40,000 bases of DNA from assembly GCA_945937855.1 (NCBI GenBank), contig CAMEUC010000002.1, positions 17,639 to 57,638 of the forward strand, given 5' to 3'. A model generated the notes under the pieces. It did no database searches. It saw nothing but the letters and a program-made list of their open reading frames with translations, and was not told the DNA's origin. How positions within the stretch are numbered: the first letter of the stretch is position 1; each line of letters opens with the position of its first letter. The position numbers and the translations under genes are program-made. Positions 25,895 through 36,839 of the stretch are shown in pieces. The DNA comes from an uncultured Clostridium sp. (GTDB lineage Bacteria > Bacillota > Clostridia > TANB77 > CAG-508).

Positions 25895-27442
25895 TTATTT
25901 TCTATCACTACTTTTTAACATTTCTATATAATTGTCTTGTAGTAAATATTTATTATAATAATTTGACCTTTTTGATAATTCATCATTTATAAATTCAAAT
26001 CCATACCTTTCAATTAAAGTTAGTTCACCCGAGAAAAGGTTAGTACCCAATCCTAATCTTTCTCCTTCAATTTCTGCTCCAATACTTGCAAGTACTGTTG
26101 GGAATATATCTAATGTTGAAAATTGTCTGTTTTGGCTATTTGCTTCTGGAATTGCAGAATTTATAAAAGTATTGTAGACTGTTCTTGTGTAACTTTCTTC
26201 TAGGTGTTCTTCATAAAATTCAGTTTGCATACCTATGTGATCTCCTACAATTACTATGGTAGTATTATCATAAAAATCTTGCTCCTTTATCCATTCTACA
26301 AATGAATATACACATTTAGCCGAGTATGCATAAACATTTTCATATTGTGTATCAAATTCATCTCCTACATTTTCACTTAGATAGCCATCCATAAAATGAG
26401 TGTCTGCAGTTAGCATAATAAAATTAAATGGTTCATCTTCTGTTGCCAATTCTAATATTTCATCTTTTGCCCATTTAAATAAGTCATCATCGTCATAGCC
26501 CCACCACACTTCATCTTCTTTTGTCATTTTTCCCTCTTCAATTGCGGTATTTAAATCAAAAATTTCATAATTTCCATGTACAGTAAAATAGTCTTTTCTT
26601 CCTCCAAAATCCGCATCAGATCCTATCATTAATTTTAAATTATATCCTTCTTTTTTCAAAATATCTCCTAATGAATATACACCTGTTAAAAATGATGAAT
26701 ATCCTGTATAAGAATTTGAAGTTATATCCATTTTTAAAGGTATTCCTGCTGTCTGTGCCACCATTCCTGCAATTGTCCAACTTGTGCATGGGACTTGTAT
26801 AGCACCCCCAAGTTTTTCTGTATTAGAAAAATTGATATTTTCCATTGCTAGTTGTTCTAACTCTGGAATTATCGAATATTCCCATCCTCCTCCATTTTCT
26901 TTAGAAGCAACCGTAGTTTCCATTGATTCTAAGAAAATATAAATTAAATTTCTCTTTTCTTCTGGAAATGTTATTCTTACATTTTCACTTGCAACATATT
27001 CTTCATCAAAAATATTACTTCTTTCTGCTTGGTTTTTAACATATGTATATAAACCAATTTGGCCAAATGCAAATACTATACTTAAAACTAAAATTATTAA
27101 TGAATAACATATTTTGTGTTTTATTACCTTCTCGTTTGGATAAATTTGAAAATTTCTTTTTTTACTTTTTATTTTAATTTCTATAGAAGTTTTATTATCT
27201 CCAAAGCTTGTTAAAGGTATAAGAGCTATCACCAATAAAATTATTATTGGAATTATACATACTTTTAATGCTTTCCCAACCACTTCGGTATTTGCTTTTT
27301 CTGGTCCTCTTGCCAAATGATAAATTATTGTATCAAAAGTTTGCTCTGCATAATTGCTTTTGTAATAAATTGATGCTACTATTATTACTATGGAAAGAAT
27401 TAATAATAAAATTGCAACTATTTTTTGTACTCTTTTTTTCAT
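25895..27442 (-). CDS. LtaS-family (lipoteichoic acid synthase-like) membrane sulfatase-fold phosphoglycerol transferase
   Basis: N-terminal multi-TM region plus an extracellular sulfatase-like domain (IFLESMET.., TADTHF.., VIVGDH). Confidence 0.75.
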   Translation of the reverse strand: MKKRVQKIVAILLLILSIVIIVASIYYKSNYAEQTFDTIIYHLARGPEKANTEVVGKALKVCIIPIIILLVIALIPLTSFGDNKTSIEIKIKSKKRNFQIYPNEKVIKHKICYSLIILVLSIVFAFGQIGLYTYVKNQAERSNIFDEEYVASENVRITFPEEKRNLIYIFLESMETTVASKENGGGWEYSIIPELEQLAMENINFSNTEKLGGAIQVPCTSWTIAGMVAQTAGIPLKMDITSNSYTGYSSFLTGVYSLGDILKKEGYNLKLMIGSDADFGGRKDYFTVHGNYEIFDLNTAIEEGKMTKEDEVWWGYDDDDLFKWAKDEILELATEDEPFNFIMLTADTHFMDGYLSENVGDEFDTQYENVYAYSAKCVYSFVEWIKEQDFYDNTTIVIVGDHIGMQTEFYEEHLEESYTRTVYNTFINSAIPEANSQNRQFSTLDIFPTVLASIGAEIEGERLGLGTNLFSGELTLIERYGFEFINDELSKRSNYYNKYLLQDNYIEMLKSSDRK

Positions 27443-27741
27443 TTTTTATCAACCCTTATATTAATGTCTAAATTTTTTTCTATAAAACTCATTGCATAAC
27501 TTACAATTGCTCCTACTACCGAAGATAAAACTAAATATTTAAAAGTAAAAACATTTGTAAAAGTGAAATATGGTTTTCCAAAAGCATATATAGACACACA
27601 ATAGCTTATGATATTAATTATTAAAACAAAAACAAAATATGTAATAATACATTTCTGATTATTCGTTTCTTTTTTATTTATCTTTTGATATATATACATA
27701 GCAAACATTGCTGGTAAAAAAATTGATAATATTTGATTCAT
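27439..27741 (-). CDS. Small integral membrane protein (3 TM helices, 100 aa)
   Basis: Hydrophobic ORF. ATG 27741 has AAGGAGG upstream. Its stop overlaps the LtaS start (ATGA), which suggests translational coupling. Confidence 0.55.
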   Translation of the reverse strand: MNQILSIFLPAMFAMYIYQKINKKETNNQKCIITYFVFVLIINIISYCVSIYAFGKPYFTFTNVFTFKYLVLSSVVGAIVSYAMSFIEKNLDINIRVDKK

Positions 27742-27751
27742 ATTTTCCTCC

Positions 27752-28642
27752 TTATTTTGGTACAATAAATGTTACCGCTTCTTTACAATTACTTATCTTT
27801 GCATCTTTTGTTCTTCCCACAAATTCTCCATCTACAGTCCATGCCAAACTCTTCTCTGAAGTTATTTCTATTTTACTTCCTTGTCTATAAAAGAAATTTT
27901 TGCTTTGATATCTCTTAAGTAAAATATCAAAAACAATACTAAGATATTGAATTTTATATTTTGGCTTCTTTATTAATAATACCTCAAATTTGCCATCATC
28001 TATAGCAATATCTCTTTTTCTAAACCATCTAAATCCTCCAATCGATTTAGAATTACTAACTGAACCATAAATGCATTCTTTTTCTATTTTTTCTCCATCA
28101 ATATCAAGGTTTATTTTATAGCTTCTTATTTTAAAGAAATATTTTATTCCTACAATAAAATAAGCAAGTTTTCCAAGGCATTTTTTTAGGCTTTGGCTTG
28201 TCACATATGATACTGCTGTAAATGCACCAAATGCTGCAACATATGTAAAATATTTTTCATTAATTTTTCCAATATCAGATTTTTTTTCTGAATAGTTCTT
28301 AAAAATTCCCTTCGTAAAATATTTCTTTCTTGAAAGTCCAATTGTTCTAGCAAAGTCATTTATAGTCCCTAGTGGTATAAAACTTATTTTAGGTCTTTCC
28401 TCCAACTCCATAGCTGCAGTTACTAAATCGTTTACAGTTCCATCCCCACCACAACATATAACAATATCTGGCTTTTTATCATATTCTTTTATAATGTTTT
28501 TTGCAGAAAAATTTTTTTTAGTATTAACAATATCCACATTGTAACCTGTTTTTATTAAATCTTCTTTAATTTCTGGTATTCTTTTTTGTACTTTACCTTT
28601 CCCAGCATTGGGATTTACTATTAATAAAACCTGTTTACCCAT
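27752..28642 (-). CDS. DagK/YegS-family lipid kinase
   Basis: NPNAGKGK and GGDGT motifs. ATG 28642 has AAGGTGA upstream; the track ORF starts at 28681. Confidence 0.8.
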   Translation of the reverse strand: MGKQVLLIVNPNAGKGKVQKRIPEIKEDLIKTGYNVDIVNTKKNFSAKNIIKEYDKKPDIVICCGGDGTVNDLVTAAMELEERPKISFIPLGTINDFARTIGLSRKKYFTKGIFKNYSEKKSDIGKINEKYFTYVAAFGAFTAVSYVTSQSLKKCLGKLAYFIVGIKYFFKIRSYKINLDIDGEKIEKECIYGSVSNSKSIGGFRWFRKRDIAIDDGKFEVLLIKKPKYKIQYLSIVFDILLKRYQSKNFFYRQGSKIEITSEKSLAWTVDGEFVGRTKDAKISNCKEAVTFIVPK

Positions 28643-28786
28643 ATTTTTCACCTTATAAGCCATATATTGATTTTTATACATTATCTTTTATTTTTCGTCA
28701 AATGTCAAGTTCTTGATTTATGTTATTGACAATATTTCAAATAAATAGTAAAATTATTACGGAAAATGATGATAGGAGTGTTAAAT

Positions 28787-29869
28787 ATGTGGGGAGATAT
28801 AGCTATAGCTTTTTTACTTGCTTTTATTACAGCATATGTAATTACGCCATATACAATTAGGCTATCAAAAAAAATAGGTGCATTAGATGTCCCTAAGGAA
28901 AAACGTAAAATCCATCATGGAGCTATGCCAAGGCTTGGCGGTCTTGCTATTATATTAGGCTTTATTGTTTCAATAATATATCTATTAATAGCAATGTCTC
29001 TAGAAAAGTCTCTAAATCTTTTTGGAGCAGATAATTACATATATAAGCTTATTGGCTTATTCTTGGGAATCATTGTTCTAGGCGTATTTTGTTTCTTTGA
29101 TGATTGGAAAGGTATTCCTGCATACGTGAAACTTCTAGGTCAAATAATTAGCGCTATTATTGTAGTATGTTTTGGCTTAAAAATGGATTCAATATATATC
29201 TCTCATTTTAATACAATTATAAATGGCAATCTAGTTTTAAGTATTATAACTGTTATTTGGATTGTTGGAATTACTAATGCAATTAATTTAATAGATGGAT
29301 TAGATGGATTATCTGCAGGTATAGGTGTTATTTCATGTTTTTCTTTACTTATGATATTTGCACTTAATGGTTCTCCTCTAATTTCTATACTTCTAATAAC
29401 AGCATTAGCAGGTGCTTTAGTCGGTTTTTTACCATTTAATTTTAATCCTGCAAAAACCTTTATGGGAGATACTGGTTCAAACTTCTTAGGATTTTGTTTA
29501 GCAATTATATCAATTTTAGGAACTGCAAAAACTTACACTGCCATAGTTTTAATTGCCCCACTATTAGTTTTTGCTTTACCTATATTTGACACATCTTTTG
29601 CAATAATAAGAAGAGTTATCCAGCAAAAATCTTTAAAAGCCATTTTTAAAGCTGATAGAGGCCATTTACATCACAAACTTATAGATAAAGGATACACTCA
29701 AAAACAAGCAGTATTAATTTTATATGGAATTAGTGCTACTTTAGGTTTATTTGCAGTAATTCTTTTAGATAGTGGTATATGGAAAGCCTTATCATTTGCT
29801 TTGCTAGTTATTGCGATTGTTGCAATTGGATATAAAGATATATTTAGGACAAAAGATAATAATTTGTAA
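28787..29869 (+). CDS. Polyprenyl-phosphate N-acetylhexosamine-1-phosphate transferase (WecA/TagO, MraY-like family)
   Basis: Polytopic membrane protein with the motifs [12 protein letters not shown] and [14 protein letters not shown] 28787 follows AGGAG. Confidence 0.85.
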   Translation: MWGDIAIAFLLAFITAYVITPYTIRLSKKIGALDVPKEKRKIHHGAMPRLGGLAIILGFIVSIIYLLIAMSLEKSLNLFGADNYIYKLIGLFLGIIVLGVFCFFDDWKGIPAYVKLLGQIISAIIVVCFGLKMDSIYISHFNTIINGNLVLSIITVIWIVGITNAINLIDGLDGLSAGIGVISCFSLLMIFALNGSPLISILLITALAGALVGFLPFNFNPAKTFMGDTGSNFLGFCLAIISILGTAKTYTAIVLIAPLLVFALPIFDTSFAIIRRVIQQKSLKAIFKADRGHLHHKLIDKGYTQKQAVLILYGISATLGLFAVILLDSGIWKALSFALLVIAIVAIGYKDIFRTKDNNL

Positions 29870-29892
29870 AATGGAGATGTACAAAATAACTT

Positions 29893-31359
29893 ATGAATAA
29901 TAAATCATTATTTAAAAATTCAATATATAAAAGTTTACTTAGTATAGCTAATATTGCCATACCAATAATTATAGGTCCATATATAACCAAACTATTAGAT
30001 GTTAATTTATATGGTTCTTATAATAAAGTATATGCTGAATTTCAAATATTTTTAATCTTTGCGACATTTGGAATATACACATTTGGAGTAAGAGAAATAA
30101 GTAAAATTAGGAATGACAAAGAAAAAGTTGCTAATTTATTTACCAATTTATTTGTATTAGGTATAATAACGAACTTATCTGTTGGTATTATTTATGTTAT
30201 ATATGCCATATTATCTTCAAGTGGAATAACCACTAAAATATATATGGTTTTCATTATACAAATTATAGCCAATATATTTTATATAGAATTTTTAAATGAA
30301 GCTTTAGAAAACTATAAATTTATAACAATAAAAACTTTACTAGTAAAAGTTGTTTACTTAATACTATTATTAACATGTGTAAAAAAACCTGATGATATAA
30401 TTATTTATGCAGTAGTAATATCTTTCATAGTATTTTTAAATAATATAATAAGCTACATATATGTTAAAAGAAGAATTAAATTTAATTTTAAAAATTTAAA
30501 AATACTTCAATACATTAAACCGCTATTTTTAGTATTAGTACTTACAAATGTAGAAATACTTTATGGACAATTAGATAGAATAATGCTTGGAAAATTTGTA
30601 TCAGATGTAGCTGTAACAGAATATTATATACCTTATTACTTAATATCAATGCTGGCTTCCATACCATATGCAGTAATAAATGTTTCAATTCCCAGATTAT
30701 CATATATTGTTAAAACAGAGGGATTAGAATCTTATAACAAAACATTAAAAGCATCAATATCAAGCTTACTTTTTATAATAGTTCCCATGTGTTTTGGTGT
30801 AGCAGTTTTAAGTAAAGAAGTTGTATTTTTATATGCAGGTGATAAATATCAAAATATATCAAACACGTTGATTTTGGCATGTATTATAAGAATTATTATA
30901 AGTATAGAATCAGTTTTAACAAATTTAGTTTTATATGTAAATGATAAAGAAAAAACTATAGTGAAACTTTCTTTTATATACGGCATTGCAAATTTAATAA
31001 TGAACAGTCTTTTAGTGATATTTAATATACTTACTCCTTTTAATGCAATGCTTACAACTGGAATAGCTGAAATAGCTCTAATAACCACACAATATCTTTA
31101 CATTAAAAAGAAAATGAATATAACAATTCCATTATTGACAAAACAAAATATTACGTATTTTATTTTAGCACTATGTTTTATTCCTATATCATATATTGTA
31201 AAAACCATCAACTTTGGATTTTATGCTAATATTATTGTTACTATGGCGTTATGTGTGGTTTTATACGGTGGAGTTTTATTAATAAAAAAAGACGAGTCTT
31301 TATATATAGTTCTTAATAAATTTAATAACAAACTAAAATTAAGGGGGAAAAATGAATAA
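29893..31359 (+). CDS. Wzx-type oligosaccharide flippase (MOP superfamily)
   Basis: 488 aa with about 12-14 TM helices. Sits in a glycan locus directly after the initiating transferase. Confidence 0.7.
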   Translation: MNNKSLFKNSIYKSLLSIANIAIPIIIGPYITKLLDVNLYGSYNKVYAEFQIFLIFATFGIYTFGVREISKIRNDKEKVANLFTNLFVLGIITNLSVGIIYVIYAILSSSGITTKIYMVFIIQIIANIFYIEFLNEALENYKFITIKTLLVKVVYLILLLTCVKKPDDIIIYAVVISFIVFLNNIISYIYVKRRIKFNFKNLKILQYIKPLFLVLVLTNVEILYGQLDRIMLGKFVSDVAVTEYYIPYYLISMLASIPYAVINVSIPRLSYIVKTEGLESYNKTLKASISSLLFIIVPMCFGVAVLSKEVVFLYAGDKYQNISNTLILACIIRIIISIESVLTNLVLYVNDKEKTIVKLSFIYGIANLIMNSLLVIFNILTPFNAMLTTGIAEIALITTQYLYIKKKMNITIPLLTKQNITYFILALCFIPISYIVKTINFGFYANIIVTMALCVVLYGGVLLIKKDESLYIVLNKFNNKLKLRGKNE

Positions 31360-32410
31360 AATAATTATACCAACTGGTTATATGGGTTCTGGCTCTTCAG
31401 CAGTTACAGATTTAGTTGCAGAATTTAAAAATTGTAAAAATGAATTTAAAACGTATGAGTATGTTTTACTGCATTGTCCTAATGGTCTTTTTGATTTAGA
31501 GGACAAGTTATTAATTGGAAATAACGCTATACGAAGCGATGAGGCCATACGTACTTTTGAAAATCAAATGAAAAAACTATATGATAAAAAATTTTGGTGG
31601 GTTGGAAATTATAAAAAAATAATTGGAAATGACTTTATGGATATCACAAATGAATATATCAATTCACTAATAAATTTTCATTATGATGGATATTGGTACA
31701 TGAACGAAGAAGTTAATGCCAAAATGTTCTTTAAATTATTAGTACGTAAGCCTTTAAAAATATTAACATTAAATAAGATTAAATTTAAGAAGGTTCTAAA
31801 GTATAATGACGGAATGAAAATTTGCCTACCAACCAAAGAAGAATTTTATAAAAAGTCACAAAATTATATATATAAAATAATTGAAAAAATATCTAGAGGT
31901 GAAGAAAATGTTGTACTAGACCAATTTTTACTACCGTTTAATCTTCATAGAGTTGATAACTATTTTGATGATAGGTTAAGAGTAATTGTAGTAGAACGAG
32001 ATCCTAGAGATGTATTCATTATAAATAAATATATTTGGCAACAAAAGCAGATATGTGTTCCGATTCCATTAGATGCAAACGATTTCTGTAAATACTATCG
32101 TAGGATGAGAGAAAGTGAAAAAGAATGTAATTCAAGCAAAGTTTTAAGAGTTAAATTTGAAGATTTAATTTACAAATATGATGATACATTAAATACAATT
32201 ATAAATCATTTAGGATTTAGTAAAGAAGATCATATTAATAAAAAAAGTAGATTTAACCCCGAACTGTCTATAAAAAATACACAATTATTTAATAATGTTA
32301 TTTATAAAGATGAAATTAAAATAATAGAAAACGAATTAAAAGAGTATTTGTATAATTTTCCATATTCATTAAAAAATGAGGTAAAAAATACTGTAGAATT
32401 TGATGATTAG
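31352..32410 (+). CDS. Sulfotransferase-like protein
   Basis: N-terminal P-loop-like PAPS 5'-phosphosulfate-binding motif (PTGYMGSGSSAV) and a later RDPRD motif (VVERDPRDVF). These resemble the 5'-PSB and 3'-PB motifs of sulfotransferases. RBS AGGGGG. Confidence 0.5.
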   Translation: MNKIIIPTGYMGSGSSAVTDLVAEFKNCKNEFKTYEYVLLHCPNGLFDLEDKLLIGNNAIRSDEAIRTFENQMKKLYDKKFWWVGNYKKIIGNDFMDITNEYINSLINFHYDGYWYMNEEVNAKMFFKLLVRKPLKILTLNKIKFKKVLKYNDGMKICLPTKEEFYKKSQNYIYKIIEKISRGEENVVLDQFLLPFNLHRVDNYFDDRLRVIVVERDPRDVFIINKYIWQQKQICVPIPLDANDFCKYYRRMRESEKECNSSKVLRVKFEDLIYKYDDTLNTIINHLGFSKEDHINKKSRFNPELSIKNTQLFNNVIYKDEIKIIENELKEYLYNFPYSLKNEVKNTVEFDD

Positions 32411-33602
32411 AGGGATGAATTTGAAAAAGAGAATTTGTTTTGTTTTAGATCAATTTTTATATGGAGGAATAGAAAGAGTTGCTATTAATTATTTACAGAA
32501 CATAGATATGAAAAAATATTGTGTAGATGTGATTATATTATCTAATGTTGAAGATATGATACAGCATATACCTAAAGACTGTAATGTTATTAAAATAAAT
32601 ATTCCTAGACATCATAATCCATTATCAAGAGCCTCGACCATGGTAAGAAGACCTGCTGGTGCTATTTTATATTATGGAACATATTTATTAAAAAAATTCT
32701 TTATATCCCCTATTGATTTATTTAAAACTAGAATATTAAGAAATAAAGATTATGATGTAGCAATCGCTTTTTCTGGACATTTAAATGATTGTTACGTGGT
32801 TTTAAATTGCATAAAAGCAAATAAAAAAATAGTATGGGCACATGGAATGATATATCAATATTTATTAATGTCACCCGCATTTGAAAAAATGTACAGCAAA
32901 TTTGACAAAATAGTATCCATAAATCATCTAAATCAAAATGACATATTTTATTGTAAGCCATATCTAAATTACAAAATAGAAAATTTATATAACCCAGTAA
33001 TGATTGAAGATACAAAATTATCTGAAATAGAGTTAAATAATTTGAGCCAGAAATATGGAGATTATATTCTTTCTGTAGCTAGGTTAGAAGAGCCAAAAGA
33101 TTTTTTAACGTTAGTAAAAGCTTATAAAATATTAAAAGACAATAATAAGACAAAATATAATTTAGTAATAGTTGGTGATGGACCAGACAGAAGTAAGATT
33201 GAAGCATATATCAAACAAAACAATCTTGAAAACAACATATTTTTAGTAGGAAGTCAAGATGATGTATCTAAATTTTATAAAACAGCTAAATTATTTGTAT
33301 TATCTACAGAATCCGAAGGACTAGGAATGGTTATTATTGAAGCAATGAAGTTCGGTCTTCCTGTAATAGCAACAGATGCTCCATATGGTCCAAGGGACAT
33401 TATAAAAAATAATGAATTTGGTCTATTAACTCCTGTAGGTGACGAAAGATTGTTAGCACAAGAAATAAATAAATTATTAGCAAACGAAGAATTATACAAT
33501 TATTATAAAAATCAATCTTTAAAAAGATATTTAGATTTCATACCAGAAAAAATAATGGAACAATTTTATGAAATAATAGGTGAGGATCAGAATGGAAAAT
33601 AA
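32400..33602 (+). CDS. GT4-family (group 1) glycosyltransferase
   Basis: C-terminal GT-B motif STESEGLGMVIIEAMKFGLPVIATD. The start is ambiguous (TTG 32400, ATG 32403 or ATG 32415) and overlaps the upstream gene. Confidence 0.8.
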   Translation: MMIRGMNLKKRICFVLDQFLYGGIERVAINYLQNIDMKKYCVDVIILSNVEDMIQHIPKDCNVIKINIPRHHNPLSRASTMVRRPAGAILYYGTYLLKKFFISPIDLFKTRILRNKDYDVAIAFSGHLNDCYVVLNCIKANKKIVWAHGMIYQYLLMSPAFEKMYSKFDKIVSINHLNQNDIFYCKPYLNYKIENLYNPVMIEDTKLSEIELNNLSQKYGDYILSVARLEEPKDFLTLVKAYKILKDNNKTKYNLVIVGDGPDRSKIEAYIKQNNLENNIFLVGSQDDVSKFYKTAKLFVLSTESEGLGMVIIEAMKFGLPVIATDAPYGPRDIIKNNEFGLLTPVGDERLLAQEINKLLANEELYNYYKNQSLKRYLDFIPEKIMEQFYEIIGEDQNGK

Positions 33603-34437
33603 TAAACGCAATTTACAATTAAAAATTTTAGAAATGGTAAAATATTTAGATTCATTTTGTAAGGAAAATCAAATAGAATACTATATTGTATATGGTTCTT
33701 GTTTAGGTGCTATTAGACATAAAGGTTTTATCCCTTGGGATGATGACTTTGATGTAGGAATGACATTAGAAAATTATAATAAATTTATAAGTTTATGTAA
33801 AACGAAATTAGATACCAATAAATATTTTTTACAAACGCTTGAAACAGAACCAAATTACTATCTATCTTTTGCTAAGTTAAGAGATATTAATACAACTCTT
33901 ATAGAAGAAGGAAATAAAAATATCCCAATTACTTATGGAGTATATATTGATATTTTTCCAATAGTGGGCTTGCCAAAAGGAAAGTTAAAGCGTGCAATTT
34001 TATCAATAAATAGAGCCTTTGCACTATCTGCAAATATAAATGTAATTAATAATAAATTTTTGTATAAAATTTTTAGAATAATTTTAAAAATTTTTGGTAA
34101 AAAGAATATATTAAAATATTGTTCAAAGCAAGCAATAAAATATAGTTGCCAAGATTGTGAAGAATGGTGCTCAATTTTTGATGGCGATGGCTTAGAGATA
34201 AATTCTACAACTAAAACTATTATGGGAAAGCCTACATATGTACCTTTTGAAGATATAGAATTACCCATACCAGAAAAATATGATGAATATTTAAAACATA
34301 TATATGGAGATTATATGAAAATACCTACAAAAGAACAAATAAAAGCGAAAGAGCATACTGCATATATCTTGGATTTAGAACATTCATATAAAGAATATTT
34401 AGAACTAAATAATGACGAAAGTTATATTCAAACTTAG
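33592..34437 (+). CDS. licD: LicD-family phospho-substituent transferase (phosphocholine/phosphonate/ribitol-P type)
   Basis: LicD motifs YGSCLGAIRHKGFIPWDDDFDVGM and YIDIFP. ATG 33592 is preceded by GGTGAGGA. Confidence 0.8.
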   Translation: MENNKRNLQLKILEMVKYLDSFCKENQIEYYIVYGSCLGAIRHKGFIPWDDDFDVGMTLENYNKFISLCKTKLDTNKYFLQTLETEPNYYLSFAKLRDINTTLIEEGNKNIPITYGVYIDIFPIVGLPKGKLKRAILSINRAFALSANINVINNKFLYKIFRIILKIFGKKNILKYCSKQAIKYSCQDCEEWCSIFDGDGLEINSTTKTIMGKPTYVPFEDIELPIPEKYDEYLKHIYGDYMKIPTKEQIKAKEHTAYILDLEHSYKEYLELNNDESYIQT

Positions 34438-34500
34438 AACAATCAATAATTTAATAAGATTGATATTTTTTAATGATAAAAAATATGTTTAGGAGTAATT

Positions 34501-35483
34501 ATGGAAAAAGTAAGTATAATAATTCCAATATATAATTCAGAAGAATACTTGTTTAAATGTTTGGATAGTATAAAAAATCAAACATTAAACGGAATAAAAG
34601 CCATATTAGTAAATGATGGTTCTACAGATTCGTCTGAAAAAATAATTGATGAATATGTTAACACTTATCCAAATATTTTTGAGAAAATTAACAAAAGAAA
34701 CGGTGGTCAGGCTACTGCTAGAAATTTAGGTCTTGAAAAGGCAACTCGGAGAATATGTTATTTTTATAGATAGTGATGATTATTTAGAAGAAAATATGTT
34801 AGAAACAATGTATAATATAGCAAATCAAAACAATAGTGACTTGGTAATTTGTGATTATTATGAAATTGAAAATAATCATACAATTATAAAAAAAGCACTA
34901 AAAAAATTTGACAATAATATAGAAATAAATTACATGTTATCTAATGCAAGTCCTTGGAATAAACTTATAAAAACAAGTATATTCAAGGAAAATAATATTA
35001 GATTTCTAGAAAATTATATATATGAAGATTTAGCAACGATGCCAATATTGGCAGGATATGTAAAGAATATAACATATATAGAAGAGCCTTTATATAACTA
35101 CATAATAAGAGAAGGTTCTACCATGAGGCAAAAATCATATAACAAAAAATTAGAATCCATTTTTGTTGCGGTAGAACATTTAGAAAATGAATTTAAAAAA
35201 AGAAATTTATACTCAAAATACAAAGATGAGCTAGAATATATATATATTGAGCATTTACTCTATGCAGCTTCTCGGGCGTTTTTTATACTATGAAGAAGGA
35301 AAAGAAAAAATAAAAGAAATAGTAAAAATAATAAAACAAAAATATCCACATTGGAATACAAATAAATATTATAAACAGCGAAATATAATTTATAAAATAA
35401 CTTGCAAAATTTTTTATACAAATAATATGTTTGTTATAAACATATATAATAAAATTCGAAGGAAAATTAAGGAGAACTATTAA
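34501..35483 (+). CDS. GT2-family glycosyltransferase split at two in-frame CGG codons. Full length (about 326 aa) requires two +1 shifts.
   Basis: Three consecutive ORFs (34501..34773, 34733..35293, 35247..35483). N-terminal SIIIPIYNSEEYL..NDGSTD. Skipping C34747 (gca act C gga gaa) gives LEKAT-GEYVIFIDSDDYL with the DxD motif. Skipping C35273 (gct tct C ggg cgt) gives EHLLYAAS-GRFLYYEEGKEK. Confidence 0.85.
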
Positions 35484-36839
35484 ATGAATAAACTAAAAAA
35501 AATTACTATAGAAAAAATAATTATAATTTATCTTTTAATTCAACCAATTTTAGATGTTGCAACATCATTATGTCTGGAATATATAAGTCCAAATTTAACA
35601 TTAGGAATATTAATAAGAACCATGTTTATGGGATTAATTATTATATATTCATTGTTTAAAGCTGACAAAAAAAATAGAATAAAAAGCTTAATATATTATG
35701 GATTAGTAGGTATTTATATGTGTATATTTTTATTTGTTTCATATTCACAAAATGGAACAAATATGATGCTAACACAAATAAAGGGATTAATAAAAACTTT
35801 TTATTTCCCTCTTGTTTTAGTAGCATTATATGGCATTTTTAATAGTAAAACTATGAGAATATACAATAAATATTTCATATGGACTTTAGCAGAATATGCT
35901 TTAATTATGCTCATAGCCAAAATTGCAGGAATAGCTTATCCTACATATAAATATGGATTGAATTCTGGAACTGTAGGTTTATTTTATGCTGCAAATGAAA
36001 TAGGTGCTATATTAAGTATAATATCACCATTGCTTGCTATAGAATTATTAAAAGATAAGAAGATAAATATAATAAATATTCTAACTTTAATACTGTTTAT
36101 ATTTTCAATACTAGAGATGGGAACTAAAGTTCCGTTTTTGGCATTTATTATACTATATGTACTATTTTTTATTATATGTTTGATTAAAACATTTGTACAA
36201 AAAAGCAAAAAAATCTATATAATAAAAAATGTATGTACTTTAATAATAGGACTAGTTATCCTATTTACCTTAGCTTATACTCCTGTTGGAAAAAATATAG
36301 AAGCAAATTATGATATTAAATTTATTAAATTTATTAAATTTATTAATATTTATAAGCCAGCAGTTGATGAAACTCCTAAGCCAGCAACTGAAGAACCTGC
36401 TGATATAGGCGTAACAGAAATAGTAAGTGGAAGAAATGACTTATTAAAGATGAATTTTGAAAGGTATATGGCTAGTAATACAATTGAAAAGATATTTGGA
36501 AATGGCTATTTAGCTTATCAAGATAGTGAATTGCAAATTAATAAGTTAGTAGAAATAGATTATTTTGATATATTATTTTCTCACGGAGTAATAGGAGCAA
36601 TAATATTATTTATTCCATTAATATATATGTTAGTGATATTGATAATAAAAACACTAAAACATGTTATGGACATTTTAAAAAATGAAGAAATATTTCTTTA
36701 TTGGTATATTATAGGTATAGGTCTAGGCATAGCATTAGCCGCAGGTCATGTATTAACAGCTCCAGCAGTTAGCATATATATGGTATTGATTTTGTTAAAT
36801 TTAGATGCAGATTTAAAAAAATTAGAGGTAAATAATTGA
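35484..36839 (+). CDS. Wzy/O-antigen-ligase-like polytopic membrane protein (polymerase or ligase)
   Basis: 451 aa with at least 10 TM helices and one larger hydrophilic loop (..PAVDETPKPATEEPADIGVTEIVSGRNDLL..). Sits in the glycan locus. RBS AAGGAG. Confidence 0.6.
   Translation: MNKLKKITIEKIIIIYLLIQPILDVATSLCLEYISPNLTLGILIRTMFMGLIIIYSLFKADKKNRIKSLIYYGLVGIYMCIFLFVSYSQNGTNMMLTQIKGLIKTFYFPLVLVALYGIFNSKTMRIYNKYFIWTLAEYALIMLIAKIAGIAYPTYKYGLNSGTVGLFYAANEIGAILSIISPLLAIELLKDKKINIINILTLILFIFSILEMGTKVPFLAFIILYVLFFIICLIKTFVQKSKKIYIIKNVCTLIIGLVILFTLAYTPVGKNIEANYDIKFIKFIKFINIYKPAVDETPKPATEEPADIGVTEIVSGRNDLLKMNFERYMASNTIEKIFGNGYLAYQDSELQINKLVEIDYFDILFSHGVIGAIILFIPLIYMLVILIIKTLKHVMDILKNEEIFLYWYIIGIGLGIALAAGHVLTAPAVSIYMVLILLNLDADLKKLEVNN
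36315..36341 (+). repeat. In-frame 9-bp tandem repeat (ATTAAATTT x3) inside the Wzy-like gene
   Basis: attaaattt attaaattt attaaattt encodes IKF-IKF-IKF. Confidence 0.8.
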
